Assembly (NCBI GenBank): GCA_964490765.1
Contig: CAZBDV010000009.1
Span: 17,777-81,776 of the forward strand
Direction: 5' to 3'
Source: an uncultured Candidatus Cloacimonadota bacterium
GTDB lineage: Bacteria; Cloacimonadota; Cloacimonadia; Cloacimonadales; JAJBBL01
Length of the DNA: 64,000 bases
A model generated the notes under the pieces. It was not told the origin of the DNA, searched no databases, and worked only from the letters and a program-made list of their open reading frames with translations. Below are positions 18,765 through 28,711 of the stretch, piece after piece. Within the stretch, counting starts at the first letter, position 1. Every line of letters begins with the position of its first letter. The position numbers were made by a program, and so were the translations under genes.

Positions 18765-20986
18765 AGAAATTGAAGATAGCTTTAGTAGGAAATCCTAATA
18801 GTGGGAAGACAACGCTTTTCAATGCGTTAACCGGATTCAAACAGCAGGTAGGCAACTGGCCTGGAGTAACAGTTGAGAAGAAGAAGGGTAATTTCACATA
18901 TCGTGACCACAAAATCGAAGTAGTGGATTTACCTGGCATCTACTCATTTTCTGCGCAATCAATTGACGAGCAGATAGCTCGTGAGTATGTCCTAAACAAT
19001 CAGGCCGACATTGTGGTCAATATTATCGATGCAACCAATCTGGAACGGAGCCTCTACCTGACAACTCAGATCATAGAGATGAAACGTCCTCTGATTATAG
19101 CGCTTAACATGCTGGACGTAGCAAGACAGCGAAGGATCAAGATAGAGATAGAGCATCTGGCCAAACATCTTGGTTGTCCGGTAGCACCAATCATTGCCAG
19201 CAAGAAGAGTGGTATCGACGAGTTGAAGGATATCATCATCGAATCAAAAGAGAGAAAACAGGTTTCTCAAACCAGGGTATTTTACGATTCAGTAGTCGAA
19301 GAGATCATTGATGGTCTGGAGAAAGCAGCAGAGCCATATGCAGAAGAGAGGGGTGTAGACAGTCGCTGGCTGGCTATCAAACTTCTGGAGAATGATTCAC
19401 TGGCAGTTGATATAACAGAGGGCAATCTGAAAGAGCAGGTATTACGTGATGCAAACCGGATAAAGAAACATACCGGACATGAAGCCGATCTGGTAGTTCT
19501 GGACGGGCGTTACGGTTTTATCAACGGGCTGACAAAAGATGTGATTCATAAAGAGGGGTATTTTCAGAAGAATTTTACTGATTTCATAGATCAGATCGTT
19601 CTGAATCGTTTCTTTGGTGTTCCGATCTTTCTGGCTATCATGTATCTTGTATTTATAATCACTGTTCGAGTTGGTGAACCGTTAATCGAATTTTTCGATA
19701 TTTTTATCGGAACTATCTTTGTCGATGGCCTAGCAGCTTTGCTCTCCTCGATCAATGCTCCTGCCTGGCTGATCTCTATTCTGGCTCATGGAATAGGTAA
19801 CGGTATTACCACAGTATCGACCTTTATCCCTCCGATATTCTTCATCTTCTTCTTTCTCTCCATCCTGGAGGACTCAGGCTATATCTCCCGGGCTGCCTTT
19901 GTGATGGATCGGTTTATGCGCTATATCGGACTGCCGGGGAAGGCATTCATACCTATGCTTGTCGGGTTCGGATGCAATGTCCCTGCTATTATGGCTACCA
20001 GGACACTGGATAATGAAAATGATCGAATATTAACCATTCTGATCAATCCTTTCATGTCCTGTGGTGCGAAACTACCGGTCTATGCCCTATTTGCAGCTAT
20101 CTTCTTCCCGGTTACCGGAGGCAGGATTATCTTTCTGCTTTATCTGACAGGAATTTTCCTGGCCGTATTCACAGGCTTTGTTTTCAAGAAAACACTCTTC
20201 AGAGGAGAGACATCGACTTTTGTCATGGAACTACCACTATACCATATTCCCACTATCAACGGAATCATAATGCATACCTGGCGCAGATTGAAGAGCTTCC
20301 TGCTCCGTGCCGGCAAGGTGATTATCCTGGCAGTAATCGTCCTCTCCTTTATCAACTCAATAGGGACCGACGGGAGATTCCATCTGGAAGAATCGGATAA
20401 ATCTCTCCTCAGTGCTACAGGCCGATTTCTCACTCCCCTATTCTCCCCTATGGGAATCACTCGGGATAACTGGCCAGCTACAGTAGGACTCTTCACAGGG
20501 GTCTTTGCCAAAGAAGTTATAATCGGGACACTCGACACGCTCTACGGTTCTTTGATAGGAGAAGAGGAGATAGAAGGAGAGGAGTTCAGATTCTGGGATG
20601 GCATAAAGGAGGCGTTTCAGTCTATTCCGGCCGGTTTTTCTGGAGAAGAGGAGTCAGAGGAGATCAGAACCGAGAGTGAAATGGTCAGACGTTTCGGTGG
20701 TAAGAATAATGCCTTTGCTTATCTCCTCTTTGTTCTGATCTACCTGCCCTGTGTCGCCGCAATCGGTGCCATCTATCGAGAGACAAATCTCAAATGGACA
20801 ATTTTTGCCGCTATATATCTGACTATTCTTGCCTGGATCGTAGCCACGATCTTCTATCAGTTCAGTATTTTCGGGCAAAATCCTGCCAGCGCGATTAGCT
20901 GGATTATCTTCAGTATAGGTTTGTATGTTATAATTTATTTCACATTACGTTTCATAGGTAAACGAAAGGAGAAAATGAGGCTATAA
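18761..20986 (+). CDS. feoB: Ferrous iron transporter FeoB
   Basis: N-terminal G domain (IALVGNPNSGKTTLFNALTG, VDLPG), then the polytopic gate domains. Start overlaps the fur stop by 4 nt. Confidence 0.95.
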   Translation: MKKLKIALVGNPNSGKTTLFNALTGFKQQVGNWPGVTVEKKKGNFTYRDHKIEVVDLPGIYSFSAQSIDEQIAREYVLNNQADIVVNIIDATNLERSLYLTTQIIEMKRPLIIALNMLDVARQRRIKIEIEHLAKHLGCPVAPIIASKKSGIDELKDIIIESKERKQVSQTRVFYDSVVEEIIDGLEKAAEPYAEERGVDSRWLAIKLLENDSLAVDITEGNLKEQVLRDANRIKKHTGHEADLVVLDGRYGFINGLTKDVIHKEGYFQKNFTDFIDQIVLNRFFGVPIFLAIMYLVFIITVRVGEPLIEFFDIFIGTIFVDGLAALLSSINAPAWLISILAHGIGNGITTVSTFIPPIFFIFFFLSILEDSGYISRAAFVMDRFMRYIGLPGKAFIPMLVGFGCNVPAIMATRTLDNENDRILTILINPFMSCGAKLPVYALFAAIFFPVTGGRIIFLLYLTGIFLAVFTGFVFKKTLFRGETSTFVMELPLYHIPTINGIIMHTWRRLKSFLLRAGKVIILAVIVLSFINSIGTDGRFHLEESDKSLLSATGRFLTPLFSPMGITRDNWPATVGLFTGVFAKEVIIGTLDTLYGSLIGEEEIEGEEFRFWDGIKEAFQSIPAGFSGEEESEEIRTESEMVRRFGGKNNAFAYLLFVLIYLPCVAAIGAIYRETNLKWTIFAAIYLTILAWIVATIFYQFSIFGQNPASAISWIIFSIGLYVIIYFTLRFIGKRKEKMRL

Positions 20987-21382
20987 ATGAATTTCAATCG
21001 TAAAAAAGGACGAGTTGGGTCATCATTCTTCAGGAAAGACCCGGATAATTGCAGATTAAACTGCCAGAGAAAGCATCGTCACCGCTTTGGAAAGGCTATG
21101 ACCGACTGGAATAATATAGCCCGGCCTGATATGGTGCTGACTGACTGTCCTGCAGGTTCACTCTGTATGATCATGTACAATCCACACAAGATGACCAAAG
21201 AGATAGGACTGAATCCCGGAAAGACCATTGCTGTCTTCAAGAATGAACCAGCAGATTCCAATATGATCATCTGTATGGACAACACGAGATACATAGTGGC
21301 CAAAACAATCGCCAGTGATATTACTGTAAAAGCACACATAGAGGATGAATCTGAAACTGGAGATGTATGTCCGGAAGAATAG
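20987..21382 (+). CDS. feoA: FeoA-domain protein with basic N-terminal extension
   Basis: SH3-like FeoA core (LTDCPAGSLCMIMYNPHKMTKEIGLNPGKTIAVFKN...IICMDNTRYIVAKTIASDITV). The ATG directly follows the feoB stop. Confidence 0.7.
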   Translation: MNFNRKKGRVGSSFFRKDPDNCRLNCQRKHRHRFGKAMTDWNNIARPDMVLTDCPAGSLCMIMYNPHKMTKEIGLNPGKTIAVFKNEPADSNMIICMDNTRYIVAKTIASDITVKAHIEDESETGDVCPEE

Positions 21383-21434
21383 AATTTTGCATCTTCTGCC
21401 CTGAACAGACCATCAGCAAGAAATTTAACCGGTA

Positions 21435-21662
21435 ATGATACCAGAATTATTGTCTATTCTCGGAGAGCATAAACGCATCTCTCTTACCGAACTGAGCCTT
21501 CTGGCAAAAATATCAGAAGAGGTGGTTGAGCAGATAATGGAGCAGCTCGTAAGGAAGCAACAGGCCAAGAAGGAGACGATTCGCTGCCAGGGTTGTATGA
21601 AAGACTGTATGGGATGTGTTAAACGTGGTGATCTTATCTTCTATGAAAAGAGAGAATCATAA
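21435..21662 (+). CDS. FeoC-like winged-helix protein with Cys cluster
   Basis: 75 aa. HTH-like segment (ISLTELSLLAKISEEVVEQIMEQLV), then CQGCMKDCMGC, as in FeoC-type proteins. Confidence 0.6.
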   Translation: MIPELLSILGEHKRISLTELSLLAKISEEVVEQIMEQLVRKQQAKKETIRCQGCMKDCMGCVKRGDLIFYEKRES

Positions 21663-22413
21663 TCATAACCCTTATAGGGAGTTACATCCCTATCCCCCTT
21701 TTGTTCCACCTCAAGCCAGCAGACTGATTGTTGGTAGTTTTCCCCCCATCAAATTAACCCGTCAGATAGTAGAGGATGGCGGAGATTGCATAATTAGAAC
21801 CTATAATAACTATCTGAAACGTCATTCCAGAACGGGGAGAGATGTCGATTTCTATTATGGCAGTGAGAAGAATTACTTCTGGAAACTCTTTGCCGATGTG
21901 CACGAAACCAGACTCACCGACCTGAATAGTATCAAGAGACTGCTGACAGCAACCGATACAGCCATTACCGATATCTTCGAAGTATGCATAAGGAAACTCT
22001 ACGATAAGAAGAGTAAAAAACTCATCCTCCCTTCACAAACACTGAGCAAAAAGAATGATATTGACCTGGCTGTTAGTTCCGGTGACAGCTCCCTCTATCC
22101 TCTCATTTTGAGAGATATTCCAGCAATTCTGGGAAACAACCGGAGTATCAAGAGCTTGATCTTTACTAGCAGTTTCGTTGCCCGGCTGTTCAGAAAGAAC
22201 TTTGCTCAGCCTCATTATTCCAGTCAAAATGAAGATACATATATTATAATCGACGGGAGAAAGCTAAAGATAGTTCTTGTTCCGTCTCCCTCGGGTGCAG
22301 CCAACGTGAGTATAGGTAATAAGTTCGAATACAAGCAGAGAAGGCAGGCTGATAAAGAGTTCAATACATACAAATACCGGTTAGAGATTTACCGAAAGGT
22401 GCTAATTAATTAA
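21643..22413 (+). CDS. Uracil-DNA glycosylase superfamily protein (family 6 / deoxyinosine glycosylase-like)
   Basis: LIVGSFPP...FYYGSEKNYFWKLF resembles the GS(F/M)P...YY..p.N.FW motifs of family-6 UDG/HDG enzymes, with about 27 extra residues between them. The start is uncertain: 21616 or the ATG at 21643, and both overlap feoC. Confidence 0.45.
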   Translation: MKRENHNHNPYRELHPYPPFVPPQASRLIVGSFPPIKLTRQIVEDGGDCIIRTYNNYLKRHSRTGRDVDFYYGSEKNYFWKLFADVHETRLTDLNSIKRLLTATDTAITDIFEVCIRKLYDKKSKKLILPSQTLSKKNDIDLAVSSGDSSLYPLILRDIPAILGNNRSIKSLIFTSSFVARLFRKNFAQPHYSSQNEDTYIIIDGRKLKIVLVPSPSGAANVSIGNKFEYKQRRQADKEFNTYKYRLEIYRKVLIN

Positions 22414-22505
22414 TCAGGGAGATCAATCAGTCAGAACCAGACCTTCTCAACACGAATCTATGTTTTCACAGGCAGGAAAATCGATTCTGAAAACTGGTGA
22501 AAGCA

Positions 22506-22979
22506 TTACCGTTCTGTCAGGAATACTACAGAATAGCTTACCACACCCTCTTTTGATCCGCTGATTCCCAATCCCTCTTCAGTGGTTGCTTTAACGGATA
22601 TATTTGCAATATCCGTATTGAGATCTTCTGCTATATTGCTCCGCATAGAACTGATATAAGAGGCGATCTTAGGTTCCTGCAGACAGATAGTTGTATCAAT
22701 ATTTCCGATCTGGTAACCCTTATCCTTGAGCAGAAGATAGACCTCTCTCAATAACTTTCGGCTTTCTATACCCCGGTATTTTTCATCAGTATCGGGAAAG
22801 AGGTGCCCTATATCTCCCAGAGCCAGCGCACCTAACAGTGCGTCGATAATGGCATGCAGTAGCACATCGGCATCGGAATGTCCTGCCAGACCTCGGGAAT
22901 GAGGAATCTCTACACCACCCAAAACGAGTTTTCGCCCTGCTATCAATCTGTGTACATCATAACCAAAACCTATTCTCAT
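22506..22979 (-). CDS. ispF: 2-C-methyl-D-erythritol 2,4-cyclodiphosphate synthase
   Basis: [12 protein letters not shown]...[19 protein letters not shown]...GDIG.LFPD. The ATG at 22979 sits 1 nt after the upstream gene's stop. Confidence 0.92.
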   Translation of the reverse strand: MRIGFGYDVHRLIAGRKLVLGGVEIPHSRGLAGHSDADVLLHAIIDALLGALALGDIGHLFPDTDEKYRGIESRKLLREVYLLLKDKGYQIGNIDTTICLQEPKIASYISSMRSNIAEDLNTDIANISVKATTEEGLGISGSKEGVVSYSVVFLTER

Positions 22980-22980
22980 A

Positions 22981-25737
22981 TCAATCCACCGTAATTGATT
23001 TAGAAACATTTTTGGGTACATCGGGATGTACTCCGTGATCTATCATACCGAGCCTGTCGAGATATACCATCTTTCTGACACTCATCTTGAGAGCCAGCAA
23101 CTGCAGAACGATCGTAGCTGAAAATGCTGTCATTAATGTATCACCCGTCTTGGGCAATACAATATATCCGGAGCCGTAGTATGTAGAGTCATTATGCGGA
23201 TTATTCCTGGCATTCTCCATCAACCTGTCGTTCTCCTCGGCTATAACAAAAGTATCAGCTCCTCTGATCTTGTGGGTGTTGATCTGCGAGATCGTCAGAT
23301 TGATATCACGCTCCTCAGGCCCCGTAATATAGATTAACGGGTAGGTACGGAACAGAGGTAGAAAGACGTTATAGTCCTGAATAATCTCTTTAAAGAGATC
23401 GGTCGCTTCTCTGGAGAAATGGAAGGGGAAGGTCTTATCGAAGATGTATCTCATTAACGCTTTGGTTACTTCACGACGCATCTCGTAGGGTATTTTCCGT
23501 CTAATACCCAGGTCCTCTACACGGTCAGAGATATGTTCTGTATATTTGATCATCGCTTTGATGTTCTTCAAACCGAAGATCGTGTTCTTACCCAGGATAG
23601 TGTTCGGACCATGCTTGAACTCCGAACCTTCCTGGCCCTCTGTATGGTTGAGGACGGTCTCTCTTATCTTCAGAGCTCCCTCTTTGGCTACTCCAACCAG
23701 CCTGGTTGCCAGTATATGTATCGAGGGCTCCATATAGATTTTACCAGCGACGTAATCGATCTGATCCTTCGTCGATTCTATAGTCTCTTTGATCAACAAC
23801 GGAATGTCACGGAAGAACTTACGATATTTGACAAAATTACGGGATGTCAGATTGGCCTTTTCACAGTTCGGTAACTCACCACTCTTGATCATCTGCTGCT
23901 TCATCTCGGCCGTTCTGATTGCCAGATAATAAAAGAGAGTTATCTGATTAATGAAACTCTTCGTTGCCGGAACAGCGATCTCCTGGCCGCAGAATATTGG
24001 GATCGATACATCACTCTTCTCCTGGCCGAGAGTGGAATTAACATTGTTGACCAGAACGATCGTATTTATATTAACTGGCAAATTATCTATATCATTGAAA
24101 ATATCTATCAAATCCTTGGTCTCGCCACTCTGAGAAACTCCGATTACCACATCGTTCTCCTGCAGACATTTACTATACTGGCCACGGAACTCACCCGGTA
24201 AAACAGGAATGATCTCGACGCCCGCTATTTCGTTGAAGAACATAGCACCGACCTTAGTGGCATTGAAAGAGGTGCCGCAGGACATCGTGTAGATGTTACG
24301 GCTGTTGCGGAGAGTATTACCGACGAGTTCTGTAAACTGCTGTATCTTCTCTTCGAAGTTTTGAAAGTCATAATTCTCTGTAACGGAATCTAATGCCTTG
24401 CTGACCAGAATCCTCTTCTTATCGAACTCCTTACCAATCAAGTCGATGAAGATATTCTTTTCACTCGAGAAGAAGTATTTCCGCTCGAAATCCTCTTTTA
24501 CCAGCTCATCATATATAGGGGTATAATACTCTCTGATTTTCTCGAGAAACTGATCAGACTGTTTCTGAGAGATGAATTTATCGAAAAGCTTCTGTTGTCT
24601 GGGAAATTCTTCCTCACTAAGAATCTCCTCTGCCAGATTTTCAAAGAGCTTGCGCATCTTATATTTCTTAAGAAAAACAAGCATCCTTCTCCCTGTATTA
24701 GAACCTCCATTGATTATCTTAACCAATCGTCCGGTCGTCTCTATCTCGGCACTGATCTCCTGTTCCATAAAATACTCGAATTCGGGGAGCAGTTCTGTAT
24801 CCTCGACCCTCAGTTTAGACCTGACCGGTTTGCTCTCTATTATATCTCCTTTGTTGTAAGAAAGATGTGGTTTGTTCAGCTTCTTGAAACAGAGATCCTT
24901 GAAGGCAAATATCTTGTAAGAATTAGCATTGAACTCGATAAAAGAGCCCTCTTTCAAATCTACAAGATATTTCGTGAATTTCAGTATCGCCGTCAGATCA
25001 GAAGAGACGAGTGAGAAGCGATTATCTTTCTCTAATGTCCCTGTACCAAAATAGAGTGAACTTCCCGCTTTGATACCATAGGTGAGCTCGGTTACAGGAT
25101 CTACTATCACAGCTGCATAAGAACCGATCATCTTCTCGGATGCAGAGATTATTGCACGGCGTATACACCCCTTCCGCGTCTCTATATCAACATTCTTATC
25201 AGGTGACTTCTTCTCCAGCTCAATATCGAAGTAATGCTCTACCATATGAACAAGCATCTCACCATCATTGTCCGAAAGAACATTGTGCCCCTGATTGAGC
25301 AGAAACGTCTTCAACTGCGGGGTATTGGTAATATTGCCATTATGAGCTCCGTAGAGATGAACCTTACATCTCACTTCGTGTGGCTGGGCATTGACCCTGT
25401 CCACCTTACCGAACGTCGCCCAGCGAACCTGCCCGCAGAAGATCTTCCCCCTCTGTTTGTTGATCTGTAACGTCTCAATCAGAGTGCTCGGCGCTCCCAC
25501 ATCTTTCATAGCAGCGATCTTCTTTTTATCGTCCTGGAAGATTGCACCGGTAGAATCATAACCTCTGTATTCCAGCGACTTTAATAAAATTGAGGCATAT
25601 TCACCCAGACGGGGTGATACCTTGACCAGGCTGAGGCCGAGAACACCACAGCCCAAACCAAACAATGGTATGGGTATTTTTAATCTATCCAGTTGAAGCG
25701 TGATATGGTGTATTATTTTGACTAATTTCTTGATCAT
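22981..25737 (-). CDS. GlmS-like glutamine amidotransferase (class II) with two SIS domains; long form with N-terminal propeptide
   Basis: The class II GATase core begins at Cys30 (CGVLGL...YRGYDSTG...HNGNI). SIS motifs are MSCGTSFNA...[10 protein letters not shown] and EGALKIRE...EFKHGP. The C-terminus KSITVD resembles GlmS KSVTVE. At 918 aa it is well above the roughly 600 aa I recall for typical GlmS. Confidence 0.75.
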   Translation of the reverse strand: MIKKLVKIIHHITLQLDRLKIPIPLFGLGCGVLGLSLVKVSPRLGEYASILLKSLEYRGYDSTGAIFQDDKKKIAAMKDVGAPSTLIETLQINKQRGKIFCGQVRWATFGKVDRVNAQPHEVRCKVHLYGAHNGNITNTPQLKTFLLNQGHNVLSDNDGEMLVHMVEHYFDIELEKKSPDKNVDIETRKGCIRRAIISASEKMIGSYAAVIVDPVTELTYGIKAGSSLYFGTGTLEKDNRFSLVSSDLTAILKFTKYLVDLKEGSFIEFNANSYKIFAFKDLCFKKLNKPHLSYNKGDIIESKPVRSKLRVEDTELLPEFEYFMEQEISAEIETTGRLVKIINGGSNTGRRMLVFLKKYKMRKLFENLAEEILSEEEFPRQQKLFDKFISQKQSDQFLEKIREYYTPIYDELVKEDFERKYFFSSEKNIFIDLIGKEFDKKRILVSKALDSVTENYDFQNFEEKIQQFTELVGNTLRNSRNIYTMSCGTSFNATKVGAMFFNEIAGVEIIPVLPGEFRGQYSKCLQENDVVIGVSQSGETKDLIDIFNDIDNLPVNINTIVLVNNVNSTLGQEKSDVSIPIFCGQEIAVPATKSFINQITLFYYLAIRTAEMKQQMIKSGELPNCEKANLTSRNFVKYRKFFRDIPLLIKETIESTKDQIDYVAGKIYMEPSIHILATRLVGVAKEGALKIRETVLNHTEGQEGSEFKHGPNTILGKNTIFGLKNIKAMIKYTEHISDRVEDLGIRRKIPYEMRREVTKALMRYIFDKTFPFHFSREATDLFKEIIQDYNVFLPLFRTYPLIYITGPEERDINLTISQINTHKIRGADTFVIAEENDRLMENARNNPHNDSTYYGSGYIVLPKTGDTLMTAFSATIVLQLLALKMSVRKMVYLDRLGMIDHGVHPDVPKNVSKSITVD

Positions 25738-25741
25738 ACTG

Positions 25742-26470
25742 TTAACCTTTTCTCTTTATAACTGAGTTTGAGAGTTTTTCTTCTCTCTTTCTTAGTTTAT
25801 TGATCAGTAGTTTTACGAACTCATAATCAGCAGGTTCGGTAAGTTTTATGTTATAAGCCGAGGATTCGGCAATATAAACCGGATAACCGTAATACTCCAG
25901 GATACCGGCGTCATCGGTAAAAACCTTCTTATCCTCTATTGCCCTCTTATGAGACTGGATAATCAGGTCGTAAGCAAAAATCTGAGGTGTAAAGACTTCA
26001 TATAGTGAAGTTCTCGGTATTGTCTCCACAACGAAATCATCTTTCACTTTTTTGATCGTATTACGGATATTATGTCCTGGAACGACCGCTTTGTGCTTTG
26101 CAGCGAGTTCCAGAAGTCTGGTGATTTCCTCTAGAGTGATAAGTGGCCGGACACCGTCATGGATGAGGACATAATCGGTTGTAGGGGCAACGAGAGATAG
26201 AGCATTAAATACCGATTCCTGCCTCAGGGTACCACCTTTGACGACGACGACATTCTTTTTGGGGAAATGGGAATCAAGTAACTGTTTTGTATAATTCAGG
26301 CTATCCTCCGGGGCTGTTACGAAAATACTTTCAATATCGGGGTGAAAATAGAAATTCTCAACCGACCAGATTAGAACCGGCTTACCGTTTATATCCAGAT
26401 ACTGTTTTTTATATTTACCGGGATAACGCTTCCCGATACCACCTGCCGTTATGATGGCTACGCACTTCAT
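25742..26470 (-). CDS. ispD: 2-C-methyl-D-erythritol 4-phosphate cytidylyltransferase
   Basis: AIITAGGIGKR...KQYL, VLIHDGVRP, and overall IspD length. Its stop is 4 nt upstream of the GlmS-like start. Confidence 0.9.
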   Translation of the reverse strand: MKCVAIITAGGIGKRYPGKYKKQYLDINGKPVLIWSVENFYFHPDIESIFVTAPEDSLNYTKQLLDSHFPKKNVVVVKGGTLRQESVFNALSLVAPTTDYVLIHDGVRPLITLEEITRLLELAAKHKAVVPGHNIRNTIKKVKDDFVVETIPRTSLYEVFTPQIFAYDLIIQSHKRAIEDKKVFTDDAGILEYYGYPVYIAESSAYNIKLTEPADYEFVKLLINKLRKREEKLSNSVIKRKG

Positions 26471-26903
26471 AAGCTCTGCCTTTCCTTTATCCGAAATTAT
26501 CAGATGCAGTATTCAAACAGAGAGATAGATGAATTAGTCAAGTAAAAAGAGGGAAACGGCCTATCTGACTCACTTCGCGTCAGGATGCTATCTCAGAGTC
26601 TAATATCCCGGGAGCGGCCTGACCAGTTCACAGGGAAAAGAGAACCGTCAAGAATTGATAATACGATTTTCATTGACATTATACAGGTTATCTGTTCTTT
26701 ATAGGTAAAATTTATGTAATGAAGTTCCGGAGTGTCAGCCGGGCTCATAATGGGAGAATATATTGTTTGATTCAAATTGGATGATAATAGTAAAACCTGA
26801 ACAATTCAGGAAGATATTCTTCAAACAATCGAAAGCAACCACAGCATTGATATACCACCATTCATTCAAAAGAAACCCAATCGTTTAAGATTACAAGGAG
26901 TTT

Positions 26904-28004
26904 ATGATGAAGGTATTAGTTTGCTTGATCGCGATAATGAGTTTGAGCTTGTTCTCATATGCTCAGGACATTTCGATCAGTCTGAATCCACAATACCAGT
27001 TCTATAATGTTCTGCCTGTCTCCAGTTTCGATTATCAGAATCCTGGCAACCAGCCCCTCTTCTTCACAGTCACCGCCAGTAATACAACCGGAGAGCCGAT
27101 CGATGAATTCTATCTGACCTATTCGCTCGGATGGAATGACGAGCCTTTAATAGATTTCGAAACCAGGGCCAGGAATCGCGAATCTTTAGCGGCTGATACA
27201 CCATTGATATTCAACAATCAGGACATACTGGTCGAAACAGGTTCACGTTATTTTTTCAGACCGGTCCCCACTTTGACACTGGCAGAGATAGTAGACCGGA
27301 TACCTGATTTTCGTGATGTGATTATCAATACCGGTATGCTCCCCGATGGTGTCTATCTCTTCACAGTAAGACTGGTTGACGCTAATGACCAGTTACTATC
27401 GAACGAAGATAATATGGTTATAAGGGTAATGAACCCGGGAGGAATCTTTCTGGTCAGTCCGGGAGTATCACTCGGCAATACAATACCTGCGGTCAGCAGC
27501 ATACCTGTTAGTTTCATCTGGTCGAGTAATCTGGCTTCCAGCCCGCAAAATCCATTCAGGTTAGTTATCAAGGAGTTTGATGACCCCTCGCTTCTCTCTC
27601 CAGATTTTATCGAAATGGAGGGACTCACGATTGCTGAGATCGATAATCTGCAGAATACATACTACTCAGACTTTATACCTCTCCAGGACGGCAAGTATTA
27701 TGCCTGGCAGATATCTACCGAACTCATTGATCCGACAGTTTCCATTCCACCAGGAATCACCAGCCCCTATTACGTTTTTCGTTATGTAGAGGACGCTTCC
27801 TATGATCAGGAGGGGGCAATGAATGCAATAAGGATGTATCTGCTCAGCCTGAATATCAACTGGGTGACAGAACTGCTGAATAGTGGTTTTGACCCGAGCG
27901 GTATTATAGATTACAATGGAACTGTCTGGACAGGGAGTGGAGCCGAGAATCTGATTTTCGAGTTACAGAATCGTCAGGTCATTGACGTGAAATTAGCCGA
28001 TTGA
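26904..28004 (+). CDS. Secreted hypothetical protein (366 aa)
   Basis: Signal peptide MMKVLVCLIAIMSLSLFSYAQD and GGAG-containing RBS (acaaggagtttATG). No domain I recognise. First gene of the FecR/OMP/CHASE2 cluster. Confidence 0.7.
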   Translation: MMKVLVCLIAIMSLSLFSYAQDISISLNPQYQFYNVLPVSSFDYQNPGNQPLFFTVTASNTTGEPIDEFYLTYSLGWNDEPLIDFETRARNRESLAADTPLIFNNQDILVETGSRYFFRPVPTLTLAEIVDRIPDFRDVIINTGMLPDGVYLFTVRLVDANDQLLSNEDNMVIRVMNPGGIFLVSPGVSLGNTIPAVSSIPVSFIWSSNLASSPQNPFRLVIKEFDDPSLLSPDFIEMEGLTIAEIDNLQNTYYSDFIPLQDGKYYAWQISTELIDPTVSIPPGITSPYYVFRYVEDASYDQEGAMNAIRMYLLSLNINWVTELLNSGFDPSGIIDYNGTVWTGSGAENLIFELQNRQVIDVKLAD

Positions 28005-28019
28005 TAGGAGGTAAGGAAA

Positions 28020-28697
28020 ATGAAACAGATATTACTAATTGCCGGACTGGTTATACTCGTTTCCACTTTCTGCCTGGCAGAATCTCCTGTTGCCCTGACT
28101 CTAAGAATGAAGGGAGATATATTACTGATACGTGGTGATGACGAGAGTAGCTTATCAGAAGGGACACCTCTGATCAATCAGGATATACTCAACAGTCAAG
28201 ACGATTCATTTGCCTTCATCAAATTTATTGATGATGGTGCTACATTGAGATTGTTTGCCAATACGATTTTGACCATTAATACCGAGCGCGAAGAGGAGAA
28301 GCTGAATAAGAGTTCCTTCCTCCGTATCGGTAACGTTTTTCTCAACGTCAATAGCCGACGGGGTAATTACGAGATAGAGACCCCGACCACAGTCGCTTCT
28401 GTCAAAGGGACCGAAGGGTTCGTCGAGGCTGAAGATGACGGAACTACCTATGTTGTTACGCTGAAGAGTGTTTTTGAGGTCGAGAACACTATCTCCGGCC
28501 GCAAGGCGGATGTCCCTGCGGGATATACCTGTAAATCTAGTCCCAATGGTGAACTGGAAGTATATCAGACAGAAGAGATCAACGAGGAGTGGCTGGAAGC
28601 AATAGAGGATATGCCGGAGAGTGAACGTAATCTACTGAAGATCGAATTACTGAATCAAGAAGACGAACGCAGAACCATAGAGATAGAACTGGAATAA
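28020..28697 (+). CDS. Periplasmic FecR-domain protein
   Basis: Signal peptide MKQILLIAGLVILVSTFCLA. FecR-type sensor fold motifs (GDILLIRGDD...GTPLINQDIL...FAFIKFIDDGATLRLFANT...IETPTTVASVKGTEGFV). Confidence 0.75.
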   Translation: MKQILLIAGLVILVSTFCLAESPVALTLRMKGDILLIRGDDESSLSEGTPLINQDILNSQDDSFAFIKFIDDGATLRLFANTILTINTEREEEKLNKSSFLRIGNVFLNVNSRRGNYEIETPTTVASVKGTEGFVEAEDDGTTYVVTLKSVFEVENTISGRKADVPAGYTCKSSPNGELEVYQTEEINEEWLEAIEDMPESERNLLKIELLNQEDERRTIEIELE

Positions 28698-28711
28698 TAG
28701 AGGGGTAACAA

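Noticed and set aside
25738-25741. Looked for a glmS ribozyme or leader upstream of the GlmS-like gene
   Set aside because: Only 4 nt separate it from the ispD stop, so there is no room for a structured leader. Any regulation must act at the ispD promoter (26471-26903).
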